DNA of 64,000 nt, taken from positions 7,936,001 to 8,000,000 of the forward strand of contig CP086569.2 in assembly GCA_009914755.4 (NCBI GenBank), given 5' to 3'. Source of the DNA: the human T2T-CHM13v2.0 reference genome, Homo sapiens. Position 1 is the first letter of the stretch; each line of letters opens with the position of its first letter. Of this stretch, positions 1 through 13,200 are shown piece by piece. The notes below the pieces were generated by a model. It was given only the letters and a program-made list of their open reading frames with translations, was not told where the DNA came from and did not search any database. Made by a program: the position numbers and the translations under genes.

Positions 1-3000
1 AGCTGGGCGAGGCCCACGGGCCTCCTGAAAGAGGCCCGCAGAGTCTATGGGTGACAGGGGCGTTAGGTGGGCGCCTCAGATGTTGGTCTGTGGGACCATT
101 TTAACGCCTGGCACCGTTTTAACGATGGAGGTTCTGCAGGAGGGGGCGACCTGGGGTAGGAGGCGTGCTAGTGGTGGATGACATTGTGGCAGAGATGGAG
201 GTGGTGGCCAAGGAGGAGGCCGATGTGGAGAGGCAGCAGGAGGACCATCGGGCACAGAGCCCGGTCCTGGTCCCATTATGCCCCAGCACGCAACGAACTC
301 GCTGGAGGTCCTTCACTTGTAGCTGGGCTCCGTAAATGCCCCAGGCCACAGGGTATCTCCAGCTTCTGACCCACAGCTATAGTTTTGCAGCTGCCAATTC
401 GGGATGGCTGGCAGCAGCGGGGTGAGCCTCTAGCTCCTGGATGTGGGGTTTTGGGGAGCCAGGTCATAGGCACTGTGGGTCAGCCAGGAGTCAAGGTATG
501 GGGTACAATGAGGGGAGCCGAGATCAGGCTTCTGCAGATAGGAGGGCAGCTTGTTTTGGGGTGCCCTGAGGCCACGTAGGGTAGGGACAGGAACCAAAGC
601 ACAGCACTCACAAGAGAGAACAGCAGCACAAACGACGCTTCACGCACAGCAGAAAGTTGAAAGGCAAGTTTCCCTAGGAAAGTCCCTGGAGGAAGGGGAG
701 TCTGCACGTCCATGCCAGCCATGGAACCACGCTCCCGGTGTCTGCGTCCAACAGGCTCACCCTAGAAACACAATGTGCTCAAGACTTGGGTTCACGGTGC
801 AGGGGGCTGCTGTCCTCCACAAGGCAGGCACCAGCTCCACAGACAGGCCTTCTTACACCCAAAGAGGTGTAGGCCATGAGCATATATAGCCTCCACTGCA
901 CCCACACGAGCCCTGTGGGGAGAGCCAGGCACAGCCCTGCAGCCCCTTTAACCCACAGCGATTCCCTCTGGTGGACACGCCTACCCTTCAGGGAGATGAG
1001 AAGAGGACACTGCATGTCCTGACAGCAGCAGAGTCTGTCCAGGATCCAGCACACAAGAGCCTCCTGCAGCTCAGGAACCCTGAGGAAGCAGCCGCCTCAC
1101 ACCAGAGCACCCTGCCCCGCAACCCTCTCTCCACTTCTTCTGTGCCCACCCCTTTTCAGAACAGGTGGTCTGGGCCTGGCTCCACCTGCCACCAAGACCA
1201 CCACAGACACGAAGGTGCCCCCATGCCAGGCAGAGACAGAGGACCACTAAGTGGTGGTGCCAGGTCAAAGATCTAGGCGATAGCCCTGCTCCACACTCTC
1301 TGTGCTCTTTCAAAGTTGCAGGTTGTTTCATGGCACGCCCCGAGCCCCCCAATCATCTGACGGCTCCTAGACCAGATGCAGATTGTGGGGCACACCCAGA
1401 TATGGGCCGGGTTCACAAATGATGAAGTCTTGTTTAGCTACATGATGGATCTGCAGGCCAGGCTGCAGAGCTTGGGTATGCGGGAGTGGTCAGGTGTCTG
1501 GGTCAGGTTCAAGTTCTCTCTGGGGCCCAGGGGTGTCTAAGCAGCAGAGCTGGGAAGGGGAAACACATGTTTCACTCCAGCTAGCAGGCCACCTTAGTAC
1601 AGCTACATGAAATGGTCATTTGAGTCCATCCTCCTCCTTCTTGGCCAGATAGGGAAAGAAACTCAGCCACCCTGGGCACTGGCATCAGGATGAAGTTTTC
1701 CTTTTGTCACAATCTTTACTTCCACAATGAAATGATCATTCAGGAGTATTGCCTTGGCATCCTCAGTAAGACGTGCCTCCCAGCATGGTAGGGGAGCTGG
1801 TGTGTAGGAGGGTAGGTCTGGAAAGAACTTTCCTGACTCTTCTCTCTCCAGGACACCGGGTGTCTCATTCCACTGCAGTCCAGTGGTTATGGGATCATGA
1901 AGGTCAATCCTCCAGCCACAGGCAGTATACCTCCTACCTGAGCTTCTGCAGCTGGTTGGCTGACCATGGCTACCCAGGTTCTGGAAGGATTGCTGAAGTG
2001 AGGTCCACAGTGGGGCATCATGGGAAAGGACCTTCCTGGCCATTCCTTGGCCTCTGGGGCAGTGGCTTTAAGCCATGATGTGACCTGTCTTGTAACCCCT
2101 TCTGCAGTCCCCCAGATCATCAGCCGGGGCCTGTGGCTCAATCCCCTGCAGTACTTCCCTTGGGAGGGAGGCCATTAGAGAGGGAGCAAAGAGGAGGCCA
2201 GGTGAGCAGTCTAGGTCTGGGGACTGAGAGGCCCTTTGATTCCTGGAGTTGTGCCCCACATGAAGAATCCAAGCCTCAAGGAGGTGACTGCAGTGAGCAA
2301 TCCCAGGCCATCCATGGGCTCATGGAGAAATGGCCAACAGGGAACTGTAACACCCACATTTCAGGATTGAGGAACCTTAAGCTGCCTAAGAGGCATAAGT
2401 GTCTAAGGTCAGTGGGTGAGAAGCAAGGCTCAAGGGCCAGCTGTCTCATCATCCCTTACTGGCTCCCTTCCCTCCCATGAGGCCTGCTACCACTTGGGGT
2501 TCAGTTTGGGCTCAAGCAGGGCCCTCTTACCCTCCACACAGATATCCCCTCAAGGCCCGTCTAGGTCTACATCCTCCCAGAATGGCTCTCCCAGGCCCAT
2601 CATTTTCTGTAACAATGACAGCAGGCTCCCCTGACATGCTTTCTCCTGTCTGCCATCCTCACTCATACTGCCTTCCCCACCCAGACAAGAGAGGCCACTA
2701 CACAGGGAATCTTGGGGACCACACTGGGCTCACAGGGAAGGAAATGTAAAGAGATTGTTAAATGGCTGAGACCTTAGGTGTGTGTCCACGGTGGGAAACT
2801 GGCTAGAAATTAAGGCCCACCTGAGCACTGGCAGTGACACCAGGTGTCACTTATCATGATAAACACCTGCTTTGTCACATCACTTAATATTAATATAGAA
2901 GTTTTTTTTTTTAGAATAGTGAAACAATGAAGTCATGTATGAATAAATAGTGTTTTTTCAGATTTGTGTGGAAAACTGCAGACACATCCATTTTTGATTG

Positions 3001-3347
3001 CAATTCTTATGTGAGGCTTGAAGTTTTTATTGAGTTTTAAGATATATTTTGATTGTTCTACTTCTAGCAAATTTTATGCTCATTTTTGCAATATAGAGAC
3101 ATAGAATCCAGAAAATTTTTGAATGACTTTCATCTTCTTTTAGAGTACTTGCTTGTAAATTTTGAATTTTTTTTCCCTTGTGGTTCTTTTCAGTTTATTT
3201 TTTGTAATTTATATGCAAGGTGATATATTTGATTTTTAATTTGTTCTTGTGGAACTTTTGTTTAAAGGACTTTTTTTTCTATTAGATATGTGAGTTTGCC
3301 TGTGAGTACTTTTTCTAGTACAGATTTTTTTTTTCATTTTTCATTTC

Positions 3348-3372
3348 TGTGTGTGTATGTGTGTGTGGATGG
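3348..3372. repeat. (TG)n/(CA)n microsatellite, about 12 repeats, directly abutting the Alu
   Basis: Direct reading: tgtgtgtgtatgtgtgtgtgg. Confidence 0.8.
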
Positions 3373-3660
3373 AGTTTTGAGATGGAGTCTTGCTCTGTCA
3401 CCCAGGCTGGAGTGAAGTGGCATGATCTCGGCTCACCTCAACACCGCCTCCCAGCTCCAAGCGATTCCTCTGCTTCAGCCTTCCTGAGGTGGTGTGATTA
3501 CAGGTGCATGCCCCCATGTCCAGCTGATTTTTGTATTTTTAGTTGAGATGGGTTTCATCATATTTGCCAGGCTTGTTTTGAACTCCTGATCTCAAGTGTT
3601 CTGCCCACTTTGGCCTCTCAAAATGCTGGGCTTACAGGCACGAGCCACCATGCCTGGCCT
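3373..3660 (-). mobile_element. Alu SINE, minus orientation
   Basis: Reads as the reverse complement of the Alu consensus: ...gagatggagtcttgctctgtcacccaggctggagtg...cctcccaaaatgctgggcttacaggcacgagccaccatgcctggcc. The T-rich tail lies on its left side. Confidence 0.9.
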
Positions 3661-5424
3661 CATCTGTTTTTCTACATATTTTTAACGCTTATTGTATTTT
3701 CTTCATGAACATGTATTTAAGAGTTATTGAAATAATATGTTTTATTTATTTACTCAATACTTTAGTAGGATTTTAAAAGTAATGTTTTCCTTCACTAAAT
3801 ACAGTACGATGAATAGGTTAAAACTTGTATAGCATTGTCATTTTCTTTTTCATAAATTCTTCAACAACTCTGATACTCTTTTTCCCACACCTGAAGAGAA
3901 TATGCAGACAGATACAAAAAATTGTGTGTGAGTTTGTATGAAAATATAATTTGAAAGACTAATAAATTTCACAAATACAATTTCACATTTGTATTTTGCA
4001 TCATTTTGAATTTTTTTTTTTTGTTTGCTGATAAATAAAATCCTGAATTCACATTCATGTTAAATAGGAGCTTTTGAATCATTTTCAAGAATGAAAACAA
4101 TCCAAGGCCATGCATTAGTTCAGGAAGTAGGTAGAAAGCAGTTGTTATGAAGAAAAGCCATATTCACCGAAGGTACATTTAGAGAGATTTTGAAAGGCTA
4201 AGTCAATATTTTCCTTGTTGATGCTCTGGTGTTTTATCATATTGTGACCAGACTGTGGCATCACTAGTTATAGTCACTAGGCTACCAAAGTCCCTGGGCT
4301 GTGGTAATTATGATTGAGGAAAGTGGCAGTGTGGTTGGCTGTTTAAGGAGACTAAAGGACTTAGGAGTTTCCACCCAAGAAACAAGGACTTGTTTTATTG
4401 GGTGGCCTTCTTTTGCTGAAGTAGATAAGATCCAGGAGAAGTGTGGACTCACTGCAGTAGCTAGGGTTTTGAGACTGGTGAAGCCTATTTGTCTCCAACT
4501 ACCATTGCCAGGTATTGGTCCACACATAATGGCACATCCTGGACTCACTGACTCCTGTAAATTCCAACACAGAATTTGGATTTAAATCCCTATTCCAACT
4601 TCTTAATCATAGGTTTAATAAGTTGATAAATGATGTATTCAGAAGAAAGGGAGACATCAGATAAGTGCCTAAGTAAATCATCCTGATCAAATACCTTCAA
4701 AAAGTTTACTACAAAAAGTCACTGAAGATTAAACCTCGAAAAGTTATTTTAATTGGGGAAATATAAAAAGTGGACTCATTTTAAGCTCTGAGGTGTAAAG
4801 GTACTATTATTAGAATAAAAGAATTACATAAAATGTCTAATTTGTATGTAGAGCAGCATACTAGCTATTTAATATAGCTAGAGACTGATAACAACCCATG
4901 TAAGAAAACTCAGAGATTAACAACAAAAATTTTTCAGACTTTGTTCCATAATTAAAGAGTTTTAAAGTGTATTCCTACTGATCAATGATTCACTTATATT
5001 TATCATATAGGCAGGCTGTATACCCTTTTGAATAGGGACAAAGTTATAGTTTCTATTATGTAGTAAGAAAAAAATGTATTTTGTACCACATTTGCATCAG
5101 AGTCTTTGCCCAGAGTAATGAAGCAAACAATGAAACTGCCTATGTCAGGTTACAGGTGGGCACAGCTGGAAGCTTCCATCACTTGCCTCTTTCACATTTC
5201 TGGATTCTCATCGGTCCCTCCTAGAAAGACAAATGGACTGTAACTATCCTAAAGAACATATATTACATTTAAACAGTAAGTATTGAGATAATACTATGAT
5301 TTGTCTTAACACTTATGTCTCATCATCACTTTAAACTTGTATCTATGACTTTTACACAGAAATTCAGTTTATTTTATCACCGTTAACATTTTACATCACA
5401 CATTTTTTTCTATTTTATTCTCTT

Positions 5425-6048
5425 TTTGCTCACTTATTTTTTTCTTTTTTAAGGTAGAGTTTCACTCTATCACCCAGGCTGTAGTACAGAGGCTTGATCT
5501 CAGCTCACTGCAACCTCTGCCTCCAGGGTTTATTTTTTTATTTTTTTTATGTTTTTGAGACGGAGTCTCCCTGTCGCCCAGGCTGGAGTGCAGTGGCGCG
5601 ATCTTGGCTTACTGCAGGCTCCGCCTCCCGGGGTTCACGCCATTCTCCTGCCTCAGCCTCCCTAGTAGCTGGGACTACAGGCGCCCGCTACCTCGCCCGG
5701 CTAATTTTTTGTATTTTTAGTAGAGACGGGGTTTCACTGTGTTAGCCAGGATGGTCTCGATCTCCTGATCTCGTGATCCACCCGCCTCGGCCTCCCAAAG
5801 TGCTGGGATTACAGGCGTGAGCCACCGCGCCCGGCCGCCTCCAGGGTTTAAGCAGTTCTCTTGCCTCAACCTCTTAAGTAGGTGGGATTACAGGTACACA
5901 CCACCACTCTTGGCTAATTTTGTATTTTTAATAGAGATGGGGTTTCCACATGATGGTCAGACTTGTCTTGAACTCCTGACCTCAGGTGATCCATTGCTTC
6001 AGCCTCCCAAAGTGCTGGAATTACATGTGTGAGCCACCACTTCTGGCC
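5425..6048 (-). mobile_element. Older Alu (AluS/J-like), minus orientation, split into two pieces by a nested AluY insertion
   Basis: Poly-T plus the right arm of a reverse-complement Alu at 5425-5530, with the remainder at 5837-6048 (...ctcccaaagtgctggaattacatgtgtgagccaccacttctggcc). The two halves are joined by a duplicated gcctccagggttt, which is the TSD of the nested insertion. Confidence 0.8.
5531..5836 (-). mobile_element. AluY-like SINE nested inside the older Alu, flanked by a ~13-bp TSD (gcctccagggttt)
   Basis: T-rich tail 5531-5565, then a low-divergence reverse-complement Alu (gagacggagtctccctgtcgcccaggctggagtgcagtggcgcgatc ... ggattacaggcgtgagccaccgcgcccggcc). Direct repeats on both sides. 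Confidence 0.9.
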
Positions 6049-6340
6049 TTTTTTTTTTTTTTTTGATACAAGTTCTTGCTTGGTTACCCAGGCTGGAGTG
6101 CATTGGCACAATCTTTGCTCACTGCAGCCTCTATCTCCCAAGCTCAAGCTATCCTCCTGCCTCACCTCTGACATAGATGGGACTACATGTGGCCACACCA
6201 CCCAGGCTATTTTTTTTGTATACTTGTTTAGTGATGACATCCTCTATATTGCCCAAGCTGGCATCAAATTCCTGGACTCAAAATGTCCTCTTAGTTTAAG
6301 CTCCCAAATTGCTGGAATTACAGGGGTGAGCCAATGTAGA
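6049..6340 (-). mobile_element. Alu SINE (older, diverged), minus orientation
   Basis: Poly-T 6049-6063, then a reverse-complement Alu (cccaggctggagtgcattggcacaatctttgctcactgcagcctc ... gctggaattacaggggtgagccaatg). Confidence 0.85.
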
Positions 6341-7299
6341 CAGACTTGTCACTTTTTAATAACATTTTAAATGTCACTCTGCAAAATTAACAAGTCAATT
6401 TTTACTTATGAAATTCCAAATTCCAAGTCAAGTTCAGCTAGATTTTCATAAAAAGGTAAAAATTAAACAAAACAATACAAAACCCTACTTTTTCATTTGT
6501 TCTGACGGGAGCAGAGAAGTGGGAAGGAAAACCTCTCTACATTGCTTTACAAAACTAGACTGTAAAGAGAATGTTCCTCATATAGCTTTTGTCAGATCTA
6601 AATTCCTATGAAGTTATCATCAGAACCATCATCTCTGATGTGGATTAAACATCTTATAATTAGTAGTGTGTACAATTGTGATTATAGTTATTCCTTGAAC
6701 CATAATATTAAAAATATGAACCTTTTTTTTTTTAGAACTGCTACCCTAATAAGAAAAGTAACTGTTGATCTGATATAATAATTTGTGGCACAGACAGCCA
6801 GCATTCTGAACTATTCAGGTTCTTCAGATAGCCCAAGTGCTAAGAGCTGAATGGGAGTCTGGACATCTTGGAGGAGTAGTAATGCCAGGGCATTTCTTGC
6901 TGCCCCACTCACCAACTGGAATCTTTCATGCAGTAGAATGGTAGACACCTTCACAACTCTCAGTGGTGTCCCAGGGTGCCTCAGGTCCAGAATCAAAGCA
7001 GTGTCTTCAGGATTCCTGTGTGCATAGGCAAAGATTTATTACAGTACACTCATTAGAAAACCTGAACCTTAAACCTACATCAGGTTTTCCAGCATATTGC
7101 TTTAGTCATGATACACAAGGTCCCTAGCTCATCTGCAGAGAAATCAGAAATCTATTAATAAAGAGTCCACAGACAATGAGATTGCAGAGGAATTAACTAA
7201 CAGAGGTACTAATAAGCCAAACACAGTGCGGCAATTTATTTTTAGCCTAAAACAAAAATGTTATCTGTATAAGTGAGATGGTCATGCATGATTTTCATC

Positions 7300-8000
7300 T
7301 TTGGGCTATTGTTAATAGTGCATCTGTGAAAATTCATGGACAAGTTTGTGTATGGATGCATTTTTCTTTTTTTGGTTTGGCCTAGGAAGGCAATTGCTGG
7401 ATCATATAGTACTTCCGTGTCTAACCAAGACACAGAAGTACTGTGTAAAGGAACCACCAAATTGTTTTCTAGAGTTCTTGTAGCATTTTACATTTTTCTC
7501 AGCAAATTATGAAGGTGGTAATTTGTCTACATTTATGTAAAAACTTGCTGTTTTCTTACTTTATTTTTAAGCATATTCATCTTGAAGTATGTAAAGTCTA
7601 TCTTATTTTAGATTTGATTTGCTTATACTTTTTTGAGGAAATGTCTATTGAAATAATTTCCTCATATTTCAATAGACTTTGGTCATGGCATTGAAGGTCT
7701 GATTTGTATCTTTTTTTGTGTATTTGTCATAGTAGACTTTTAGAGATAAATAATTTAAAAATATTTTCTTCGGTCTTTTGAAGTCTTTCTTGTAGTATTC
7801 TTTGAAGCTACAGAGTTTTCAATGTAGACAAAATCATATTTTTTTACTTATTTCCAGACTTCTACTTTGATTTGCTTTTTTTATTGTGGCAGAATGCACA
7901 TAAAATAAATTTTTTCCCTCTTAACAGATTTTACTTTTCCTGGTCACTGGCATAATATTCATTTACAGTTTGTGCATCACTTTCTTCAAAAGTTTATCAC
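7300..8000 (+). mobile_element. Ancient L1 (L1M/L1PB-like) 3' region fragment, highly diverged
   Basis: ggcaattgctggatcatatagtacttc...ttttctagagttcttgtagcattttacattttt resembles the L1 ORF2-end consensus (ggaattgctgggtcatatggtagttctatttttag...ttttccatag...attttacattccc). tattgtggcagaatgcacataaaataaatttt resembles the old-L1 3' end (tattgtggtaaaatacacataacataaaattt). Confidence 0.4.
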
Positions 8001-8148
8001 TTTTTATTTTTTAAATTAAAACTTTCTATTCATTAATAATAATTCCAACATAGTCTCATAGTCATTAGAGGGTGTTGATTTGGAAACTTTGTTTGATTAT
8101 TTCATTCTGGCAGTGTATTTTTTCCTTTCAGTCTTCTAAAAAAAAAAT

Positions 8149-8560
8149 GGGATACATGTACAGAATGTGCAGATTTGTTACTTAGGTATATGTGTGCCAT
8201 GATGGTTTCCTAAACCTATTGACCCATTGTTTAAGTTCACTCCCCTTGTCCCCCATTCACCAACAGGCCCTGGTATGTGTCGTTCCCATCTCTGTGAATG
8301 TGTGTTCTCAATGTTCAGCTCCCATTTATCAGTGAGAACATTCAGTGTTTAGTTATCTCTTCTTGTGTTTGTTTGCTGAGAATGATGGCTTCCAACTTCA
8401 TCCATGTCCCTGCAAAGGACATGATCTCATTTCTTTTTATGGTTGCATAGTATTCCATTGTGTATGTGTACCACATTTTCTTTATCCAGGCTATCACTGA
8501 TGGGCACTTGGATTGGTTCCATGCCTTTGCTATTGTAAATAGTGTCTAACAGTGTATTTT
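8149..8560 (-). mobile_element. L1 (L1PA-like) extreme 3' end fragment, minus orientation
   Basis: Reverse complement of the L1 3'UTR/ORF2 end: gggatacatgtacagaatgtgcagatttgttac...gtgccatgatgg...cttccaacttcatccatgtccctgcaaaggacatgatctcatttctttttatggttgcatagtattccattgtgtatgtgtaccacattttctttatccag. Confidence 0.85.
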
Positions 8561-9249
8561 TGTATATAAACTTTAGCAATTCTATTTGGAAGCCTATTAT
8601 TTCTTATTTTTTGCCTAATTGTTTCAGGATAACAATTATTATGTCAAAAAGAAGTAGTGAAAGTAATAGTTCTGAGTTTTTCCTGATATTAGAGAAAAAA
8701 CTTTTAGTCTTTTATCATTAGAACCTTACCTTAGACAAGCTTGTTTAATCCACCTTATTTCATTGTTGTTGTTGTTTTATTTTGTTTTAGGCTTTTAGCA
8801 GCTTGAAACCATACTTTTTAGTTTCTGTCTCCAGCAACAAAGGGAAGGTAGGGATGAGGAAGGAGATTTACTGGCGCATACAGAAATGAAAACTAAAAAT
8901 TCATGACTGTATTCTCTCGCTTAGACACCACTGCCTTAGATCATATATAAATATTTACTCAATATAAATCAAAGCTGAACCTAAAAAAGGCAACTTTAAA
9001 AGTTTTAGAGAAGAATTTATGATATTGAATTCTGCAATGATTTCTTGTATTACATCAAAAGTAGAGGTGACCAAAGAATAACTAAATAAATAACTTAGTA
9101 TTCTGATATTCAGTGAAAATATCTCTTAGTGGGATATAAATTTATTCTAAAAGAAAAAAGAATCTCCTAAAGGAATTCTTAAATTCTATAGAAAGTTTTG
9201 GCAGATAGGTAATTATTGTAGTCTTAATTTTCCTTTCTATTTTTTAAAA

Positions 9250-9360
9250 ACTTCTATGAGTATTGAAAGTAAAAAGAATATCAAATGGATAGTTTAACAT
9301 AAAATAAAGTAAATATGAGTATTGAAAGTAAAAATAACATCAAATGCATACTTTGCTATA
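9250..9360. repeat. Local ~55-bp tandem duplication (two copies)
   Basis: tatgagtattgaaagtaaaaagaatatcaaatggatagtttaacataaaataaag is followed by taaatatgagtattgaaagtaaaaataacatcaaatgcatactttgctataaag. Confidence 0.7.
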
Positions 9361-10679
9361 AAGGGTTTAATATGTTTCACAATTCTAACATTCATTTGGA
9401 AAGATAAGTGGTTATTATCTAGCTGTGAAGCTTCTGTATTTTGCTGGAAGTGGTAAAACATTAACACTAAATAATAATATATTAATAATTTTTAAAACAA
9501 ATGTTTAATAGTAATACAAAGAGATACAAAGATGGAAGGTCAATTGACACATTGAGAGGGAATACTAAACTATGTTTAAATAATTTACAAGGAGACAAAA
9601 AAGTTCATATTCCCAGATACAAACAGTAAAATAACAAAACAGTATACCTTAAATTCAGTTGTATTAGTAGTAATACATAATGTAAATTGGTCTTGGTAAA
9701 AAAACAAATGCTCAGATAAGATTAGACAAAACAAGTCTCCATTACATGCAATTATATTAAATCTTTAAGTCACCAACTTTATATTTAATGCTATACATTA
9801 AAGTTACAGTGAGATATCAAAGCTGACAGTAAATGGGTATAGTTATGAAAAGACAACCAGAAAGGCCCTTTGATGTTGGGACTGTTTTGTATCTTAACAT
9901 GGTGATGGACACACAGACACATACTTAATTCTGTATGTATGTTTAATTGACTATATCTGTGTAATAATAACTAAAATAAATAAATTACACAGATAGAGAC
10001 AACTAAACACACATACAGAAATAAGTATTAAAAAACTAGAGAAATTTGAAAATCTAAGATTTTCAAAATTTTAAAATTTTAAAATTGGGTAAAAGTTACC
10101 TATTATTTCTTAAAATAGATTAATAGAGAAAACATTATCTCTATTATTTATTAAAACTCTATGTAATTCTACAATTAACTCAACTTTTTTTCAAAATCTA
10201 AGATTGGAAAAAGAAAATAAGCAATCACCACTTTTGAAAACAGTGTATTGAATAGGTACTGTAAAGCTAAATAAAAAACCATACAGAAATACTAATCTCA
10301 CCAATTCTAGTTCCAAGTGTTACCAATACCGAAACTACTTTAGATGTTTATTAGGAGTGAACAAAGCTAGTTGTAGATAATTACAGTTTAGATTATAATT
10401 TTTGGAAAGATAAGATACAGGTAAGGGAAGTTAGATGGCTTAAGTGACCCTATGATATTCAACTGTAATCATGGCTATTGTGTGGACACATATACATATG
10501 TGTACATATGTATTTAAATTTAGACATATACATACAGATATGCACAGTAATCAAGGTATGTGTATATCAGCATTGACAAATGGTGTCTTCTAGACATAGA
10601 AGAATTTCCCTGCAAACAGAAACATTTTTACTTCCTCGCTTGCTATTTGCATACAGTTTATTTCTTTCTCTTGTCCGAT

Positions 10680-11695
10680 TACCCTGGACAAACTTACGAT
10701 ACTATGTTGAATAGGAATGGTGAGAGAGGTCATCCTTGTCTAGTGGCTGTTTTCAAAGGGAATGCTTCCAGCATTTCCCCATTCAGTATGATATTGGCAG
10801 TGGTTTTGTTATAAGTGGCTGTTACTATTTTGAGGTATGTTTCATCAATACCTAGTATACTGAAAGTTTTTAAAATAAAGAGGCGTTGATTTTATCAAAT
10901 GACTCTTCTGCACTTACTGAAATAATCATGTGGTTTTTGGCCTGAGTTCTGTTTTTATGATGAATGACATTTATTGATTTGCATTGCATATGTTGAATGT
11001 GCCTTGTGTCCTGGGATGCAGCCAACTTGATTATAGTTGATAAGCTTTTAGATGTGCTGCTGGTTTCAGTTTGCCGGTATTTTATTGAGTATTTTTGGAT
11101 CAATGTTTATCAGGAATATTGACATACAGTTTCCTTTTTTGGTTGTATTGCTGCCAGGTTTTGGTACCAGATTGTTGTTAACCTCATAAAATGAGTTAGG
11201 AAAAAATCTCTTTCTTTCAATTGTTTGAAATAGTTACAGAAGAAATGGTATCAGCTCCTGGTTGTGTCGCTGATAGAATACAACTCTAAACCCATCTGGA
11301 CCTGGGCTTTTTTTGGTTGGTAGACAATTTATTAATGTCTCAATTTTAGAACTTATTATTGGTTTATTCATGGATTCAATTTCTTCCTGGTCCAGTCTTG
11401 GAAGGGTTTATGTGTCCAGGAATGTATCTGTTTCTTTTAGATTTCCTAGTTTATTTGCATAGAGGTGTATAAAGTATTATCTGATGTTGGCATTTCTGTG
11501 GGTCAGTGGTGGTATCCTGTTTATCATTTTAATTGAATTATTTTTTTCTACTCTCTGTTTTTATTAGTCTAGGTACCATTGTATCTATTTTATTAAGTTT
11601 TTTGAAAAAACAACTCCTAGATTCATTGATTTTTAAAAGGATGTTTCTTGTCTCTATCTCCTTCAGTTTCACTCTTATCTTGATTACTATTATTA
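10680..11695 (-). mobile_element. Older L1 ORF2 (reverse-transcriptase region) fragment, minus orientation
   Basis: Collinear with the young L1 at 27650-28650 in this same window (ctatgttgaataggaatggtgagagaggtcatccttgtc...ttcaaagggaatgcttccagcatttccccattcagtatgatattggc...). ORF 10870..11103(-) translates to ...[28 protein letters not shown]..., a diverged version of the L1 ORF2 motif [22 protein letters not shown]. Confidence 0.85.
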
Positions 11696-12093
11696 TTATT
11701 ATTTTAATACATTAAGTATAAGATTGAAAAATATCCGGAAATATTTATTTGGAGACATTTTCTTACAATTTAGAAGCAAATGAAGCCATTCAAAAATTTT
11801 GCCATAAACCCCATCCACATGTACTGATTTCCACCTGCAAAATCTAGCCCTGACTTCCTCTTCTTCTGGTAAAGGAACCAGACCAGTTACTGAATTCTAT
11901 AGTCACCTCTAAGTAAGTACGTCTTCTCTTCACTGTTGGTGTGAAATAAGGAAAAATGAATGTGAGTTTAGCCAGGCTGTCCATGAAACAGGCACAGTCA
12001 TCACGGGCACACAGTTGTGCTGCCTGGTGTTCCCCACATATGTGGCCTGCAGATACTGTGTTTGATTTTGTATAGTCTGTCCTATCCAAATGC

Positions 12094-12112
12094 AAAAAAA
12101 AAAAAAAAAAAA
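12094..12112 (+). repeat. poly(A) tract of 19 nt
   Basis: Direct reading. It may be the tail of an unrecognised retroposed fragment immediately upstream. Confidence 0.6.
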
Positions 12113-12839
12113 TGAAGAACTGAAATAATAACAGTCTCTCTGACCACAGAACAATCAAACAAAACAATCAAAGTTAAGAAGCTCACTCAAAACCACACAA
12201 CTACATAGAAATTGAATAGCTTGCTCCTGAATGACTTCCGGATAAATAGTGAAGTTAAGAAATCAACAGGTTCTTTGAAACCAATGAGAACAAACAGAGA
12301 ACATACCAGAATCTTTGAGACACAGAGCTAAAATGTGTTAAAAGAGAAACTTGCAGCACTAACTGCCTACATTTAAAAGCTAAAAAGATCTCAAATTGAC
12401 ATTAACATTAAGATGAGTTAGCTAGGTGGCCTTAGGTAGACAGCAGTGGAAGGGTCCCCAGAGACCCCATGATTCATGGATCAGTGTCTCCTTCTCACAT
12501 AACATAAAAAGCAGCCTGAGGAAAAAAAAAAGCTGCAGGCACCAAGAAGAAAACCAACATAGGGGTTCTTCCTGAAGACATGCCTTTGGCTGAAGAGATA
12601 AATGGATCTCAGACACGTTCAGATAAAAATGTGCACAAACCTCCAGCTCACTCAGATAATAAAGCAAGGTCTGACATAACATGCCTTTGCTCTTTGTATA
12701 ATCAGCAGGCTTCCAGAAGAAAGTTTCTTTTCCATTTTTGGGCATAAACATAATGAGCTCTGGTGGGTTCTAGTGAGACTTTCCTGTTTTTTTGTTATTT
12801 ATTTATTTATTTATTTTTGATTGAGAGCCTGGCCTGTAT

Positions 12840-13060
12840 GAATAACCACTTCAGCCCTTGATTCCCTGATTGGTCCCAGTCCAACATCTCATCTCAGGTA
12901 AAGCTTTCATTGCAGCTCCTGATAGGCCCTGGCCCAGGCTGAGCAGCTTCTGTGACTCACCATTTTAGCCCCACATTGGTCCCAGGCCAAACATCGTGAT
13001 TGGTCCTAGGCCAAGGTCTCAAGCCAAGCTCAGTCACACATTCTCCAAGGCAGCCCATGG
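12840..13060. repeat. Small minisatellite of ~30-bp units
   Basis: Repeated ctgattggtcccagtccaa / ctgataggccctggcccagg / attggtcccaggccaaacatcgtgattggtcctaggccaaggtctcaagccaagc. Confidence 0.55.
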
Positions 13061-13084
13061 ACTAAGCATATTTCTTCTCTCTAC

Positions 13085-13200
13085 CAGTTACATATATAAT
13101 ATATATATATCACATATATAATGTATATTGCATATTTAATATATATTACATATGTAATATAGTTATATATATAATATGCATATGTTTGTGATTTGGAGTC
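13085..13200. repeat. AT-rich (TATATG/ATATAC)n low-complexity simple repeat
   Basis: Direct reading: catatataatatatatatatcacatatataatgtatattgcatatttaatatatattacatatgtaatatag... Confidence 0.8.

Noticed and set aside
2880-3345. AT-rich stretch upstream of the first Alu that might be an old L1 3'UTR or MER fragment
   Set aside because: I could not match it convincingly to any consensus from memory. It is left unannotated.
11844-12167. ORF 11844..12167(-) of 107 aa next to a 19-nt poly(A), which might be a processed pseudogene
   Set aside because: The ORF has no recognisable protein similarity. The poly(A) tract runs through the middle of the ORF (low-complexity FFFFFF translation). There is insufficient evidence.
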